Below, piece after piece: positions 8,895 to 19,437 of a DNA stretch of 64,000 bases. Position 1 is the stretch's first letter; each line of letters starts with the position of its first letter. Source of the stretch: a virus; IMG/VR virus record IMGVR_UViG_3300020420_000009, positions 32,001 to 96,000 of that record. One strand, given 5' to 3'. The translations under genes were made by a program, and so were the position numbers. The notes under the pieces were generated by a model that searched no databases, was not told the DNA's origin, and was given only the letters and a program-made list of their open reading frames with translations.

Positions 8895-10556
8895 ATGGAT
8901 ACTTTTGAATATATACAAACCCTAGACCGAGCAAAAGAGTTATTCAAACCCTATACTTCTTATGAGGATATGCCTACAAAGCAAGTTCAATTAGGTCAAC
9001 TCCCTGTTCCAAAACATAGAAAAGATACAGACGAAACAGAAGAAGTGTGGAGATACATTATAGATGAATGTATGCCTCCAATTAGATTAGTCACTTGGAA
9101 AGATATAAAACCTTTAATGGATAGTAAAGAGATTATGTCATGGGGTGGATTAGACCACAACGCATATCAATACTTAAATTATCTACATAAAGGTTGGACA
9201 GAAGAAAATAGACCCGACCACCCTCTCAAAGGTGGTTCTATGGATTATATGAATGCAGACGGTGAATACGAATGTCTTACTCAACCTACAATAAAAACAG
9301 CTTATGATAGGATAAAGTTTGCAGACAAATATGGATATGTAGAAGGAACTCAAGAATATGAAGACTTAATGAATGGAGTTATAGATATAACTCTTGATTC
9401 TGAAAAAGAAAATACAATATGTTCTATTTACTATCACGCTGCAAAAGCTCATTGGTTAATAAATGATATACAAAAGAATGGTCTCTGGCAACCTATTCAA
9501 GGTCTTACACACTACACAGGAAATCCAGGCGGTAAACATTCTTTATCTATACACCCTGGCTCAATGAGAAGTAGGTCTTTTCAATCAATGGATTATCCCG
9601 ATAATACTTGTCTTGTCACTGATTATAGTAATTGTTTTCCTAATCACCCTCGTTTAAGTATGGAAAATATAAGAGATTATTGGTTCTCTCTAATACCTAA
9701 AGAGGGTAGAAATGTAAATGCAATTTATACAGACCAAAGAAAAATAGAGTTTAGTCCCTCTTTAGTTCAAGGTGGTGGAACTGATTTTAGAAAATATGTT
9801 TATGCATATAATAAGAAAGTGACAAAGTTATGTAAAAAGAAACCTTTAAACATATACATTGGTTATGATTCTTCTCACGATAATATTATACATGAAGTTT
9901 GTGAAAAGTCAATACATGATAGCATAGAAAGGTCAAAAAGTAAAGGCGCAGGAGCGGATTACTTTAACGATTTTGAAATAGAAACTAAATTACTTGACAT
10001 AAGCAAAATAAAAGATTATAATAGAGACTATGCAAATCAATCTACTGAATTTACATATAGTAGATTTTTAATTCCATATCTAGAAAACTATGAGGGGTTT
10101 AGTATCTTTATAGATAATGATTACATATGGAAGAGAACTCCTTTACCATTTTTCTATTTTCTTGACCCCGACCATGCTGTTGCTTGTGTGCAATATGATT
10201 TTGAACACCATGACAGTGTAAAAATGGGTGGAGAAGTAAATATATCATATCCTAAAAAACTATGGTCTAGTATGATGATATTTAATAATGGACACGAAGA
10301 TTGTAAAAAGTTAACACCCGAAGTTGTTAATAATCAGTCAGGTAAATATTTACATCAGTTTGAATGGACAGATAAAATTAGTAAAATACCTCATGGAAAA
10401 ATTGCAACAGAAGGATTTGAAACAGAATGTCTTGATTCACACCATGCAGTCCATTATACAAGGGGTGGGCCATGGATAAAAGGCATGGATTGTTCAAACA
10501 TAAATATGTTAGAACAATTTTATAAAGTGAAAAGCACCTTGCCAACAAACAAATAA
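8895..10556 (+). CDS. Glycosyltransferase (GT-A fold C-terminal domain) fused to an unknown N-terminal domain
   Basis: NIYIGYD...STEFTYSRFLIPYL...FIDND (DxD)...WSSMMIFN...HYTRGGPW. Confidence 0.8.
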   Translation: MDTFEYIQTLDRAKELFKPYTSYEDMPTKQVQLGQLPVPKHRKDTDETEEVWRYIIDECMPPIRLVTWKDIKPLMDSKEIMSWGGLDHNAYQYLNYLHKGWTEENRPDHPLKGGSMDYMNADGEYECLTQPTIKTAYDRIKFADKYGYVEGTQEYEDLMNGVIDITLDSEKENTICSIYYHAAKAHWLINDIQKNGLWQPIQGLTHYTGNPGGKHSLSIHPGSMRSRSFQSMDYPDNTCLVTDYSNCFPNHPRLSMENIRDYWFSLIPKEGRNVNAIYTDQRKIEFSPSLVQGGGTDFRKYVYAYNKKVTKLCKKKPLNIYIGYDSSHDNIIHEVCEKSIHDSIERSKSKGAGADYFNDFEIETKLLDISKIKDYNRDYANQSTEFTYSRFLIPYLENYEGFSIFIDNDYIWKRTPLPFFYFLDPDHAVACVQYDFEHHDSVKMGGEVNISYPKKLWSSMMIFNNGHEDCKKLTPEVVNNQSGKYLHQFEWTDKISKIPHGKIATEGFETECLDSHHAVHYTRGGPWIKGMDCSNINMLEQFYKVKSTLPTNK

Positions 10557-10577
10557 TATGGTATACTGGAGATTATT

Positions 10578-11153
10578 ATGAATGCATTAACTTATTGTGA
10601 GTTTGGAAATCTACAAATTAGAAAACCAAACGGATTAGAATATCGATTTGAAAATGTCGATAAGCCTGAATTAGGTTTTGATTATGAGGTTTTAATATAC
10701 GACCAAATAGAAGTCAAAGTATTAAAATGGGAAGAAGGAAAACCTTTAGAAGAACAGGAAACATTACCTTTATCTGAGACAGATAGAGATAGTATTGAAA
10801 AATATATTTCAAATTCAGAACCACCTATGGGTGTAAATTTGAATAATCAATTTATCGGTGAAATTAATAGAGCTGCACGAGAGAATATACAATTACAATC
10901 ACAGAAACATGGTTTTGATGATTTCTTTGAATGTATATATGCTGGAAGAGAAGGTTCTGCTCACCCTTATAGGTCAGACGCAAGACGAGTATTAGAATAT
11001 GCAGATGCAACTAATAATGTTCTTGACGGTCTTTTCAGAGAAATATCTGTCACTAGAGAAGATACTTTAAAACCTATAGAAGAATATCTTTTGGCTTTAC
11101 CTACTCCCTCAAATTTGAAGGACGGAGGATTTAATGCCGAACATAAACTTTGA
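10578..11153 (+). CDS. Hypothetical protein, possible tail-fibre assembly chaperone
   Basis: C-terminal QKHGFDD...YRSDARRVLEYAD...LLALP resembles fibre assembly proteins; located next to fibre genes. Confidence 0.45.
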   Translation: MNALTYCEFGNLQIRKPNGLEYRFENVDKPELGFDYEVLIYDQIEVKVLKWEEGKPLEEQETLPLSETDRDSIEKYISNSEPPMGVNLNNQFIGEINRAARENIQLQSQKHGFDDFFECIYAGREGSAHPYRSDARRVLEYADATNNVLDGLFREISVTREDTLKPIEEYLLALPTPSNLKDGGFNAEHKL

Positions 11154-11871
11154 TTCAATCGAACAGGTTGATTTAGACTCACCTTTTTATATTACCGAGG
11201 CACCTCTTGGTAATAAAATATATGTAATAGACAATTATCTTGATTCGTCTCTACACCATGCAATAGACCAATACCTAAATCACTCTACCTCATGGTTAAA
11301 AGGTAATGAGGTTAGTGGTGGAAAGGGAAGAGGTGGATTACCTAATCACCAACTATGGGGAGCTTCATATTTTAGAGGAAGAGATATTGGTGACGGCAGA
11401 AAAGAAAAAGTTATATGTGAATCTCATAGACATGGTATCCCTCATTTAATGAATTGGTTTGATAGAAAGATTAGAACAGATTTTGGTTTTGAATGGGTTA
11501 GGTTTCAGTATATGGGAACTAATTCACAAACACATGGTTTAGACGGAAGTAGTCATTCAGATTGTAGTCCTCATGATAATTATAATCTCTCTTTTTTATA
11601 TTACACTAATACCTTTTGGAATGATAATTGGGGTGGTGATTTGAGATTTTACGATAGACATGTTCCTACAGGTGCAAGAGAATTAATGAACAAATATGAA
11701 ATAGGAAGAGTTGCATTCAAACCAAATAGGTTATTAATGTTTGACGGAAGAATAGAACATGGTGCAGAATCCCCTTCTAAAGAAGCAAGATATATAGATA
11801 GGAAGTCTATCGTTTTGAGAGGAGACGAGATTAGACTATTAGACGAGAAACAAAGATATGCCAACTGTTGA
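11134..11871 (+). CDS. 2OG-Fe(II) oxygenase (prolyl hydroxylase-like)
   Basis: HSD...LYY...WGGDLRF...PNRLLMFDGRIEHG...RKSIV. Confidence 0.85.
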   Translation: MPNINFDSIEQVDLDSPFYITEAPLGNKIYVIDNYLDSSLHHAIDQYLNHSTSWLKGNEVSGGKGRGGLPNHQLWGASYFRGRDIGDGRKEKVICESHRHGIPHLMNWFDRKIRTDFGFEWVRFQYMGTNSQTHGLDGSSHSDCSPHDNYNLSFLYYTNTFWNDNWGGDLRFYDRHVPTGARELMNKYEIGRVAFKPNRLLMFDGRIEHGAESPSKEARYIDRKSIVLRGDEIRLLDEKQRYANC

Positions 11872-12802
11872 ATTTAGAACATATAATCCCGAAGCTTTTC
11901 AAAGATTTAAACCAGTCGTTGCAAAAAGTTATATGCCAGAATGGTGGAAGACTGCAAAGATTAAAATAGACCATAGAGGTTTAGCTGCTCAAACTATAAG
12001 GTCTTGTCCAGCAATGGACGATTATTTAAAAACTGGTTGGTATATTATTACTGCATGTGACATTCCTGTTATGAATGGTGAAACTTGGGATTGGCCAGAC
12101 GGTGGAGAAAGTTTTACAACAAGAGTAGAAAACTTAGACGGAACTGATAATTTACAATATTCTCCAACTCACCCAGCTGCACAGTTTCAAGATTCATTTG
12201 AATATATGGGTGACGAAGGGCCTGTAAAAGATGCATTCAAAATGGGAAATTTTTGGAACATAACTACACCTCCAGGCTATTCAGTTTTTTTCATAGACCC
12301 ATTCTTATTTCAAAATAAATTTTTTGCAGTATGGCAAGGTATAATTGATACAGATACTTTTAACTTAGGTATGGATAACGCACAAATTATTTTTTATCCA
12401 AAGGTAAATCATTCTTTTGTGATACCAAAAGGAACTCCTATATTACAAATAGTTCCTTTTAAAAGAGACGAGTGGAAGTCAACATTTATATACGGTAAAT
12501 CTAAAGATTGGTATAACACACATGGTGTAGTAGAAGAGTCAATGCAAAAATGGCAAAAGGATTTTGGTTTACAAGACCCTTATACAGGACAAACTGTGCC
12601 AGTCGAAGATAGATTAAATATCGGTGGATATAGAAAGGCTGGGTTTAAAAGTAATAAAGCTACTTTATATAATGAAGGTGACAATCCACCACCTGAATGT
12701 CCTATGCATAGAAAAGAAGAGGTTCAGTTGGAAATGGATTTTAAAGAAAAACAAAGAAGTATGACAGACTTAAATTGGGACGGACATGAAGAAAGGGATT
12801 AG
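11858..12802 (+). CDS. Conserved phage protein usually found in oxygenase clusters (DUF6065-like)
   Basis: TIRSCPAMDDYL.GW...WNITTPPGYS...GIIDTD...IPKGTPILQIVPFKR. Confidence 0.6.
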   Translation: MPTVEFRTYNPEAFQRFKPVVAKSYMPEWWKTAKIKIDHRGLAAQTIRSCPAMDDYLKTGWYIITACDIPVMNGETWDWPDGGESFTTRVENLDGTDNLQYSPTHPAAQFQDSFEYMGDEGPVKDAFKMGNFWNITTPPGYSVFFIDPFLFQNKFFAVWQGIIDTDTFNLGMDNAQIIFYPKVNHSFVIPKGTPILQIVPFKRDEWKSTFIYGKSKDWYNTHGVVEESMQKWQKDFGLQDPYTGQTVPVEDRLNIGGYRKAGFKSNKATLYNEGDNPPPECPMHRKEEVQLEMDFKEKQRSMTDLNWDGHEERD

Positions 12803-13475
12803 ATTATTATTTCCAACCATTGTATACGAGGAGAACCTTGTAGAAAGTGGAAGGATTACAGCAGAACATTGTGGTATTTTAAAAGATGCAATAGACGGAA
12901 TGAGAAAGAATGACCCAGTAGGTCGACAAATATCAAATGCATATACAGGTTGGCAATCTAATGACGGTTGTGAATCCAACCCAGCTTTTAGTAAGTTAAT
13001 GAGAATATTGAGAGATATTTTTAATAATGAAATAGGTGGGTTCCATGGTATTGATAGAGGAAGAGTTCAGATATCTGTAGGTAATTGTTGGGCAAATGTA
13101 AATGACCACCTTGCATGGAATAGACCTCATTTACATAATGGTTGTTGGTATAGTGGTGCTTTTTATGTGCATTCAGAAGGAGACGAAGGTTCATTTATTG
13201 CAGTTAATACAGACCCCAAAGTTGTAGCTGATTATCCCCCTAACGCAAGGTCAATAGAGAGTTGGGAAGTAAAACCAGTGACAGGTAGTTTAATTTTGTT
13301 TCCGAGTGCTATGATGCATATGGTTGAACCTAATAGAACACATAAAGATAGATACTCTATTTCATTTAATGTGAATACAGATAGGATAGGACACCAAAGA
13401 GAACACCAAGTTAAAAGAATAGATGAAGATTGGAACTTATTTAATTTAGACGAAGATTTTGAATTGACTAAGTAA
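12786..13475 (+). CDS. 2OG-Fe(II) oxygenase (TIGR02466-like)
   Basis: LFPT...WANVN...HLH...SGAFYV...LILFPS.M.HMVEPN...RYSISFN. Confidence 0.85.
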   Translation: MKKGIRLLFPTIVYEENLVESGRITAEHCGILKDAIDGMRKNDPVGRQISNAYTGWQSNDGCESNPAFSKLMRILRDIFNNEIGGFHGIDRGRVQISVGNCWANVNDHLAWNRPHLHNGCWYSGAFYVHSEGDEGSFIAVNTDPKVVADYPPNARSIESWEVKPVTGSLILFPSAMMHMVEPNRTHKDRYSISFNVNTDRIGHQREHQVKRIDEDWNLFNLDEDFELTK

Positions 13476-13492
13476 TTTTCATAAATAAGTGT

Positions 13493-13753
13493 ATGGAAAT
13501 CACTATATCACCTTACATTCTGTGGAACCTCGTAATGACAATTGTCATTTTACCGTTAGGTTTTCTCATTAGAAATCTTCTTTCAGAACAAAAAAGATTA
13601 GATATTCTTGTTAATAAAACAAGAGAAGAGATAGCAAAAGACTATGTCACTAGAGAACAAATAGAAGCAGATTTCGACAAACTTATGGCCTCTATCAATA
13701 AAATTGATGAGAAGTTAGACCGTTTACAATCTAAAACTTATTTCCAAGAATAG
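13493..13753 (+). CDS. Small membrane-anchored coiled-coil protein
   Basis: N-terminal hydrophobic helix and heptad tail; late-promoter-like CATAAATA 5 nt upstream. Confidence 0.7.
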   Translation: MEITISPYILWNLVMTIVILPLGFLIRNLLSEQKRLDILVNKTREEIAKDYVTREQIEADFDKLMASINKIDEKLDRLQSKTYFQE

Positions 13754-13759
13754 AATAAG

Positions 13760-13767
13760 TATAAATA
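13760..13767 (+). promoter_or_regulatory. T4-type late promoter TATAAATA
   Basis: Exact consensus upstream of gp13. Confidence 0.75.
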
Positions 13768-13792
13768 GTAGTATAAACAGGATTATACTATT

Positions 13793-14608
13793 ATGGCAAT
13801 ACCAAACTCTAAAACTACACTTAAAGAATACATAAAGAGAAAACTGGGAGCTCCAGTTTTAGAAATTAATGTAGACGATGACCAGTTTGACGATAGGTTA
13901 GACGAAGCAATTCAATACTTCCAAGAGTATCATTATGACGGTTCTATGCGTGTTTATCTGAAACACAAACTAACTTCAGCAAATTTAGCAACTATGAAGA
14001 CAAACGAAACCTTCATAGAAAGTTCAGCTGGAACACATGATTACAATAATCAAGAAGTTCAACAACAAAAAAATTACATAGTATTACCTGAGTTTGTATT
14101 AGCAGTAAATAGAATCTTTCCGTTCAATGATAAAAGTAATCTTAATATGTTTGACCTTAGATATCAATTAAGGTTAAACGATTTATATGACCTAACCTCA
14201 ACAAACATATTACATTATGAAATGGTTCAACAACATATTTCTATGATGGATATGATATTGACAGGTCAAACTCCTATCAGATATAAACAAAATATGAATA
14301 GATTATATCTAGATGCAGATATCGAATCATTCTCAGCAGACGAATACATAATCATAGAGTGTCATAGAAAAATAGACCCAACAGATTTTACAGATATATT
14401 TAACGATATGTGGTTAAAAAGATATGCAACTGCATTAGTTAAGTATCAATGGTCAGAGAATTTATCTAAATTTGACGGTATTGCATTGCCAGGCGGAGTG
14501 ACATTGAGTGCAGCTGAAATGAAATCTCAAGCACAAGAGGAAATAACAAAATTAGAAGAAGAATCTAGACTGAATTATGAACTTCCAGTTATGGATTTAA
14601 TGGGATAA
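13793..14608 (+). CDS. gp13: Neck protein gp13
   Basis: LKEYIKRKLGAPVLEINVDDDQ...WLKRYATALVKYQW..NLSKF.GI.LPGGVTL; synteny. Confidence 0.93.
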   Translation: MAIPNSKTTLKEYIKRKLGAPVLEINVDDDQFDDRLDEAIQYFQEYHYDGSMRVYLKHKLTSANLATMKTNETFIESSAGTHDYNNQEVQQQKNYIVLPEFVLAVNRIFPFNDKSNLNMFDLRYQLRLNDLYDLTSTNILHYEMVQQHISMMDMILTGQTPIRYKQNMNRLYLDADIESFSADEYIIIECHRKIDPTDFTDIFNDMWLKRYATALVKYQWSENLSKFDGIALPGGVTLSAAEMKSQAQEEITKLEEESRLNYELPVMDLMG

Positions 14609-14612
14609 GTAA

Positions 14613-15473
14613 ATGCCTACAAATGTATATTTTAACCATGCTGTTAACACAGAACAACACCTATATGAAGATTTAGTTGTTGAGTCTTTACGATTCTATG
14701 GTCATGATGTTTTATATCTTCCTAGACAGATTATAGAGGAAGATACTATTTTCACAGAAGATGTTCAATCTAGATATGGTGACGCATATTCTGTTGAAAT
14801 GTATTTAGAAAACACAGAAGGATTTGAAGGTGAAGGAGATTTAGTTTCAAAATTTGGTGTTCAAATTCAAGAAGAAGCTTCTTTTATAATCAGTTTAAGA
14901 ACATGGGAAAGATTTATTTCTCTTGATTCTAACCTTGCAACTTCATTAAGACCTAACGAGGGTGATTTAATTTATTTTCCTTTGTCAGGTTCTATGTTTG
15001 AGATTAGATTCGTAGAAGACCAAGACCCATTCTTTCAATTAGGAAAACTATTTGTTTTCAAACTAAAATGTTCATTGTTCGAATACAGTGGAGAAGATTT
15101 CGATACTGGAACAGCTGCAGACTTAGTAGAAGCAGACCAAGCTTACACAATAGAAATGACTATGAATACTGGTTCAGGAGACTATACAATCGGAGAGAAT
15201 GTGAAAGCTACAATCAGTGGAACAGAATATACTGTTGGTGAAGTATTACAATGGAACTCATCTACAAGAGTTCTTACAATCAAAGATAACACACGAACTC
15301 TATCTATTGGTGATACAATAGTCGGTGAGACTTCAACAACTTCAAGAACTATTCAGACTATCACAGATGTATTAACATTTAATAATCTATCCTCTGCACA
15401 GAACAAGGAGTTTGAAGATAAGGATACAAGTTATCTTGACCTATCTGAAATCAATCCGTTTGGAGAACCATAA
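14613..15473 (+). CDS. gp14: Neck protein gp14
   Basis: EQHLYEDLVVESLRFYGHDV.YLPR...SKFG...RPNEGDLIYFP...FEYSGE. Confidence 0.93.
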   Translation: MPTNVYFNHAVNTEQHLYEDLVVESLRFYGHDVLYLPRQIIEEDTIFTEDVQSRYGDAYSVEMYLENTEGFEGEGDLVSKFGVQIQEEASFIISLRTWERFISLDSNLATSLRPNEGDLIYFPLSGSMFEIRFVEDQDPFFQLGKLFVFKLKCSLFEYSGEDFDTGTAADLVEADQAYTIEMTMNTGSGDYTIGENVKATISGTEYTVGEVLQWNSSTRVLTIKDNTRTLSIGDTIVGETSTTSRTIQTITDVLTFNNLSSAQNKEFEDKDTSYLDLSEINPFGEP

Positions 15474-16528
15474 TGTTTGGAACTTTTTTTTACAATGAAA
15501 CTATCAAGAGGTCGATTTCAGTTTTCGGAACTTTGTTTAATCAAATCTATACCAGTAAAATACAAGCTGACGGAACTGTTTTATCTAAAAATTTAGTCCC
15601 GATTTCATATGGGCCTAAACAAAAGTTTCTACTAAGATTACAAGACGATTTAAAAGCAAGAGACGGAAGTGTGACTTCTATATCTTTACCTCGTATGGCT
15701 TTTGAAATGTCAGGACTAGAATACGATTCAACAAGACAACAAAACAAATTAATTAGAACAAGTAAAACTTCTCTAGAAACTTCTGATGTAGGGAAGAGAG
15801 GATTCCAATATCAACCAGCACCTTATAATCTAACATTCACATTGTCTATACTTGCAAAGAATGTTATAGATGCAATTCAAATAGTAGAACAAATACTTCC
15901 ATATTTCCAACCTGAATATACAGTCACAATGAAGTTAGTTGATTCTATGACAGAAACTAGAGATGTTCCTATTACTTTAAATAGTGTTTCAATGGAAGAC
16001 CAGTATGAAGGAACATTTGAAGAAAGAAGAGTTATAGAATATACTTTAGAATTTACTATGAAAACATACTTCTTCGGCCCTGTATATACAGGAGAAGTTA
16101 TTAAGAATGTTATTGAAAGAGATTATATTAATACAGATTTACAACCTGGCTTCACTACTTCACAAATAGAGGGAAGTGGTTTGGTCAAAGAAGTTAAACA
16201 TTATGAACCTGCGTTTGGTCAATCTAATACTAATGCAGTTTCTAATTCTACAAATATAACATTCTCAAGTGCAATAAATAGTAGTATAAGTGTAGGAGAC
16301 GAAGTGTTTGGAACAAACTTAACAACAAATCCAACTGTTTCGTCAATTGCAAGTAATAAATTATCATTAGACTTGAGTAATGCAATAACAATTACAGCTG
16401 GAACAACTTTAAAATTTGTTGGTTCAGTTCAACCAAGTGATACATTTGTTGTTGCAGAAACAGTGACATTTTATGATGAAGGTGTGACCTCTACATATTC
16501 AGAGGACAGAACCAGTGATAGTAGTTAA
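15473..16528 (+). CDS. gp15: Tail sheath stabilizer / completion protein gp15
   Basis: FYNETI...FGTLFN...VPISYGPKQKFL...LPRMAFE...QIVEQILPYFQP. Confidence 0.93.
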   Translation: MFGTFFYNETIKRSISVFGTLFNQIYTSKIQADGTVLSKNLVPISYGPKQKFLLRLQDDLKARDGSVTSISLPRMAFEMSGLEYDSTRQQNKLIRTSKTSLETSDVGKRGFQYQPAPYNLTFTLSILAKNVIDAIQIVEQILPYFQPEYTVTMKLVDSMTETRDVPITLNSVSMEDQYEGTFEERRVIEYTLEFTMKTYFFGPVYTGEVIKNVIERDYINTDLQPGFTTSQIEGSGLVKEVKHYEPAFGQSNTNAVSNSTNITFSSAINSSISVGDEVFGTNLTTNPTVSSIASNKLSLDLSNAITITAGTTLKFVGSVQPSDTFVVAETVTFYDEGVTSTYSEDRTSDSS

Positions 16529-16530
16529 TT

Positions 16531-16929
16531 ATGGCAAAAGAAATAGACGAAAAATTAGATAATCTTCTAGATATCAGTTCTGATATCAAACAAGAAACGA
16601 AGTTAGTTAAAGTTCCACAAAGAACAGAGAACATTGAAACTGACTACAAATATGCCCGTGAGAACCTCTATAACCTCGTAGAACGAGGACAAGACGCCAT
16701 AGACGGCATACTAGAACTATCCAAGGAAACAGAACACCCTCGTGCATATGAGGTTGCTGGTCAATTGATAAAAACTGTATCTGAAACAGCAGAGAAACTT
16801 ATCGATATACAAAAGAAATTAAAGGATTTAGAAAAAGAGGATAGTTCTATCAAGACTCAACACAACCATTTATATGTCGGTTCGACAAGTGAGTTGCAAA
16901 AGTTCTTGAAGAAAAGTAAAGATGAATAG
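16531..16929 (+). CDS. gp16: Terminase small subunit gp16
   Basis: DYKYARENLY...EHPRAYEVAGQLIK...VGSTSELQK. Confidence 0.92.
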   Translation: MAKEIDEKLDNLLDISSDIKQETKLVKVPQRTENIETDYKYARENLYNLVERGQDAIDGILELSKETEHPRAYEVAGQLIKTVSETAEKLIDIQKKLKDLEKEDSSIKTQHNHLYVGSTSELQKFLKKSKDE

Positions 16930-17821
16930 TGTTGAATCATACTTACAAAGATTAAAACAAGAAGTAGAAAACGATAAATGTCCTATTGCACCTATTCATG
17001 TGGACGAAGCACACCCAGCTTGGTTTATGTCAGTTGAAGCCTTAGGTAGAAGAGCAGGTGGATACTGGAGAATGTTCAAAGACTCACAGAGACAAAGAGC
17101 TTATGCAAACTTTCTAGCAGAAAATGCAGAAGGAAAAGTAGTATGTGATTTAGGTTGTGGGCCAGGAGCATTATTATATCTTGCAGAGTATTTTGGTGCA
17201 AAGAAATGTATCGGTATAGAACAACAGTTTCACCCAGTAGTATATCTAAGAGGAAGATTTAAACATTGGAATATAATACAGGGAGACTTTACAGAAGTAG
17301 ATTGGCCTGAAGCAGATATCTATATTCACGAAATGATTGCAAATAATGTATATGAAGAAGGACTTATAAGTTTGTGTGACGCTGCTAAAGAAAGAGGTGT
17401 CTACGATAAGTTATATCCAAATACAGTTAGACTATACGATATCACAATGAAAGAAGATAAGGATTTTTTAACTACAGATGGAGGCCCGATAGAGACTTAT
17501 ACGGAGGCCTTTTTAGACCGTATGACACCTATATTAGAAGGTAAGAGACAAGTAAGACAAAGATTTTTTGATTATAAAGATTGTCTAGAAGACATATCAC
17601 AAATATACAGTGGTGATTTTTACGGTGGATTACAATACGAATTCCATGGTGACCATAGTGAAGATTCATATTGTGGTTGGGAAGTAGGATTTAACCACAA
17701 ACATTTGTTTAGTAATTTTAGAGAACCAACTCATTGGGCTTTAACAAAGTATTGGGATTTCCATAATAAGTGGGAAGATTCACCTAATCCTTTTGCAATG
17801 TCAGAGGACAATTATGGTTAA
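16922..17821 (+). CDS. Class I SAM-dependent methyltransferase (PRMT-like motifs)
   Basis: VVCDLGCGPGAL motif I; MFKDSQRQRAY; DIYIHEMIANNVYEE. Confidence 0.75.
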   Translation: MNSVESYLQRLKQEVENDKCPIAPIHVDEAHPAWFMSVEALGRRAGGYWRMFKDSQRQRAYANFLAENAEGKVVCDLGCGPGALLYLAEYFGAKKCIGIEQQFHPVVYLRGRFKHWNIIQGDFTEVDWPEADIYIHEMIANNVYEEGLISLCDAAKERGVYDKLYPNTVRLYDITMKEDKDFLTTDGGPIETYTEAFLDRMTPILEGKRQVRQRFFDYKDCLEDISQIYSGDFYGGLQYEFHGDHSEDSYCGWEVGFNHKHLFSNFREPTHWALTKYWDFHNKWEDSPNPFAMSEDNYG

Positions 17822-19418
17822 ACCAACTAACGAAGGATATCTAGGAAACACCCTCATAAAAAGAGCTGGTGTTGATACTGCTTATACTTCTGAACAAATG
17901 GAGGAATATCTTAAATGTTCCAAAGACCCAGCACATTTCATAGAGAATTATACACAGATTATATCTCTTGATGAAGGTATGGTTCCATTTAAACTTCGTG
18001 GTTATCAAGAAGAACTTATAAATTTTTATAATGAAAATAGATTCAATGTAGTTCTTGCAAGTAGACAGAGTGGTAAGTCAATTACTTCATGTGCATATTT
18101 ACTATGGTATCTATTATTTCACCCCGAAGTCACAGTGGCAGTTCTTGCAAACAAAGGTGCAATTGCAAGAGAAATGATTGCAAGAGTCGTGACCATGTTA
18201 GAGTCCGTTCCATTCTTTTTACAACCTGGCGTTAAGATTCTTAACAAAGGGTCGATAGAATTTTCAAATGATTCGAAAGTAGTTGCAGCTGCAACAAGTT
18301 CAAGTTCGATTCGTGGTATGTCAATCAATTTACTATACTTGGACGAGTTTGCATTCGTGGACGATGCAGAGACATTCTATACTGCAACATATCCCGTTAT
18401 TACCTCGGGTAAAGATTCAAAGGTTATTATAACCTCAACTGCAAATGGTGTGGGTAATATGTTCCATAAGATATATGAAAGTGCAGTTCATGAACAGTCA
18501 GAATACAAAAGCTTTATAATAAACTGGTATGATGTGCCGGGCCGTGATGAGAAATGGAAGGAAATGACCATTGCTAACACCTCAGAGGCACAGTTTGAAC
18601 AGGAGTATGGTAATAGTTTCTTAGGAACAGGTAATACATTAATTAATTCAAATACATTATTAGGAATGATGGCAGTAGACCCCGAGTGGTCAAAAGAGGG
18701 TATAAGTCTATATGAGAAACCTATAGAAGGACATAACTATGTTTGCACAGTAGATGTTGCAAAAGGAAGAGGTATGGATTACTCAACTTTCAGTATATTT
18801 GATGTGACAAGTAAACCTTTTAAACAAGTTTGCACATTTAGAGATGACATGATAAGTCCCATGCTGTTTCCTGATATTATAAATAAGTATGCAAGACCTT
18901 ATAATGAGGCTCTTGTAATAATAGAGAATAATGCAGAAGGTGGAATTGTTGCAACTCAGTTGCATTATGATATAGAGTATCCTAATGTTTTCACTCAAGG
19001 ACAATTGAAAGCAGAAGATATAGGTATATCGGTCAATAAAAAAATTAAGAGGATAGGTTGTTCTACTCTAAAAGAATTACTAGAGGAGAACCGATTAACC
19101 GTAATAGACCGACCTACTATAACAGAGCTTATGACTTTTGTCAATAAAGGTAATTCTTTTGAAGCAGACAGAGGATATCATGACGATATGGTTATGAATT
19201 TAGTATTATTTTCATGGTTTATAACAACCGACTACTTTTATCATTTAACTGATACACAGGTAAAAGACTTATTGTATGCAGAACAACAGAAAATGATAGA
19301 AGACGATTTACTCCCAGCGGGAGTTTTTGGGGGACAAAAACCCGAAGAACAGAGTTTTGTAGATGATAAGGGTGACCGTTGGTTCTCAAATTCAAATGAT
19401 GTGGAGATTAAATGGTAA
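17814..19418 (+). CDS. gp17: Terminase large subunit gp17
   Basis: SRQSGKS Walker A, LYLDEFAFV Walker B, STANG, C-terminal nuclease DVAKG...HDDMVM; ATG 17814 follows GAGG. Confidence 0.96.
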   Translation: MVKPTNEGYLGNTLIKRAGVDTAYTSEQMEEYLKCSKDPAHFIENYTQIISLDEGMVPFKLRGYQEELINFYNENRFNVVLASRQSGKSITSCAYLLWYLLFHPEVTVAVLANKGAIAREMIARVVTMLESVPFFLQPGVKILNKGSIEFSNDSKVVAAATSSSSIRGMSINLLYLDEFAFVDDAETFYTATYPVITSGKDSKVIITSTANGVGNMFHKIYESAVHEQSEYKSFIINWYDVPGRDEKWKEMTIANTSEAQFEQEYGNSFLGTGNTLINSNTLLGMMAVDPEWSKEGISLYEKPIEGHNYVCTVDVAKGRGMDYSTFSIFDVTSKPFKQVCTFRDDMISPMLFPDIINKYARPYNEALVIIENNAEGGIVATQLHYDIEYPNVFTQGQLKAEDIGISVNKKIKRIGCSTLKELLEENRLTVIDRPTITELMTFVNKGNSFEADRGYHDDMVMNLVLFSWFITTDYFYHLTDTQVKDLLYAEQQKMIEDDLLPAGVFGGQKPEEQSFVDDKGDRWFSNSNDVEIKW

Positions 19419-19437
19419 TTGTTAGGGAAGGTTTGGT

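Noticed and set aside
6711-8925. Alternative-frame + strand ORFs (6711, 7257, 8089, 8677)
   Set aside because: Open only because the repeats lack stops in that frame; no start signals.
16200-16440. Extra Ser/Thr/Asn-rich segment in the gp15 C-terminus as an intein or insertion element
   Set aside because: No splicing motifs; looks like an ordinary beta-rich decoration domain.
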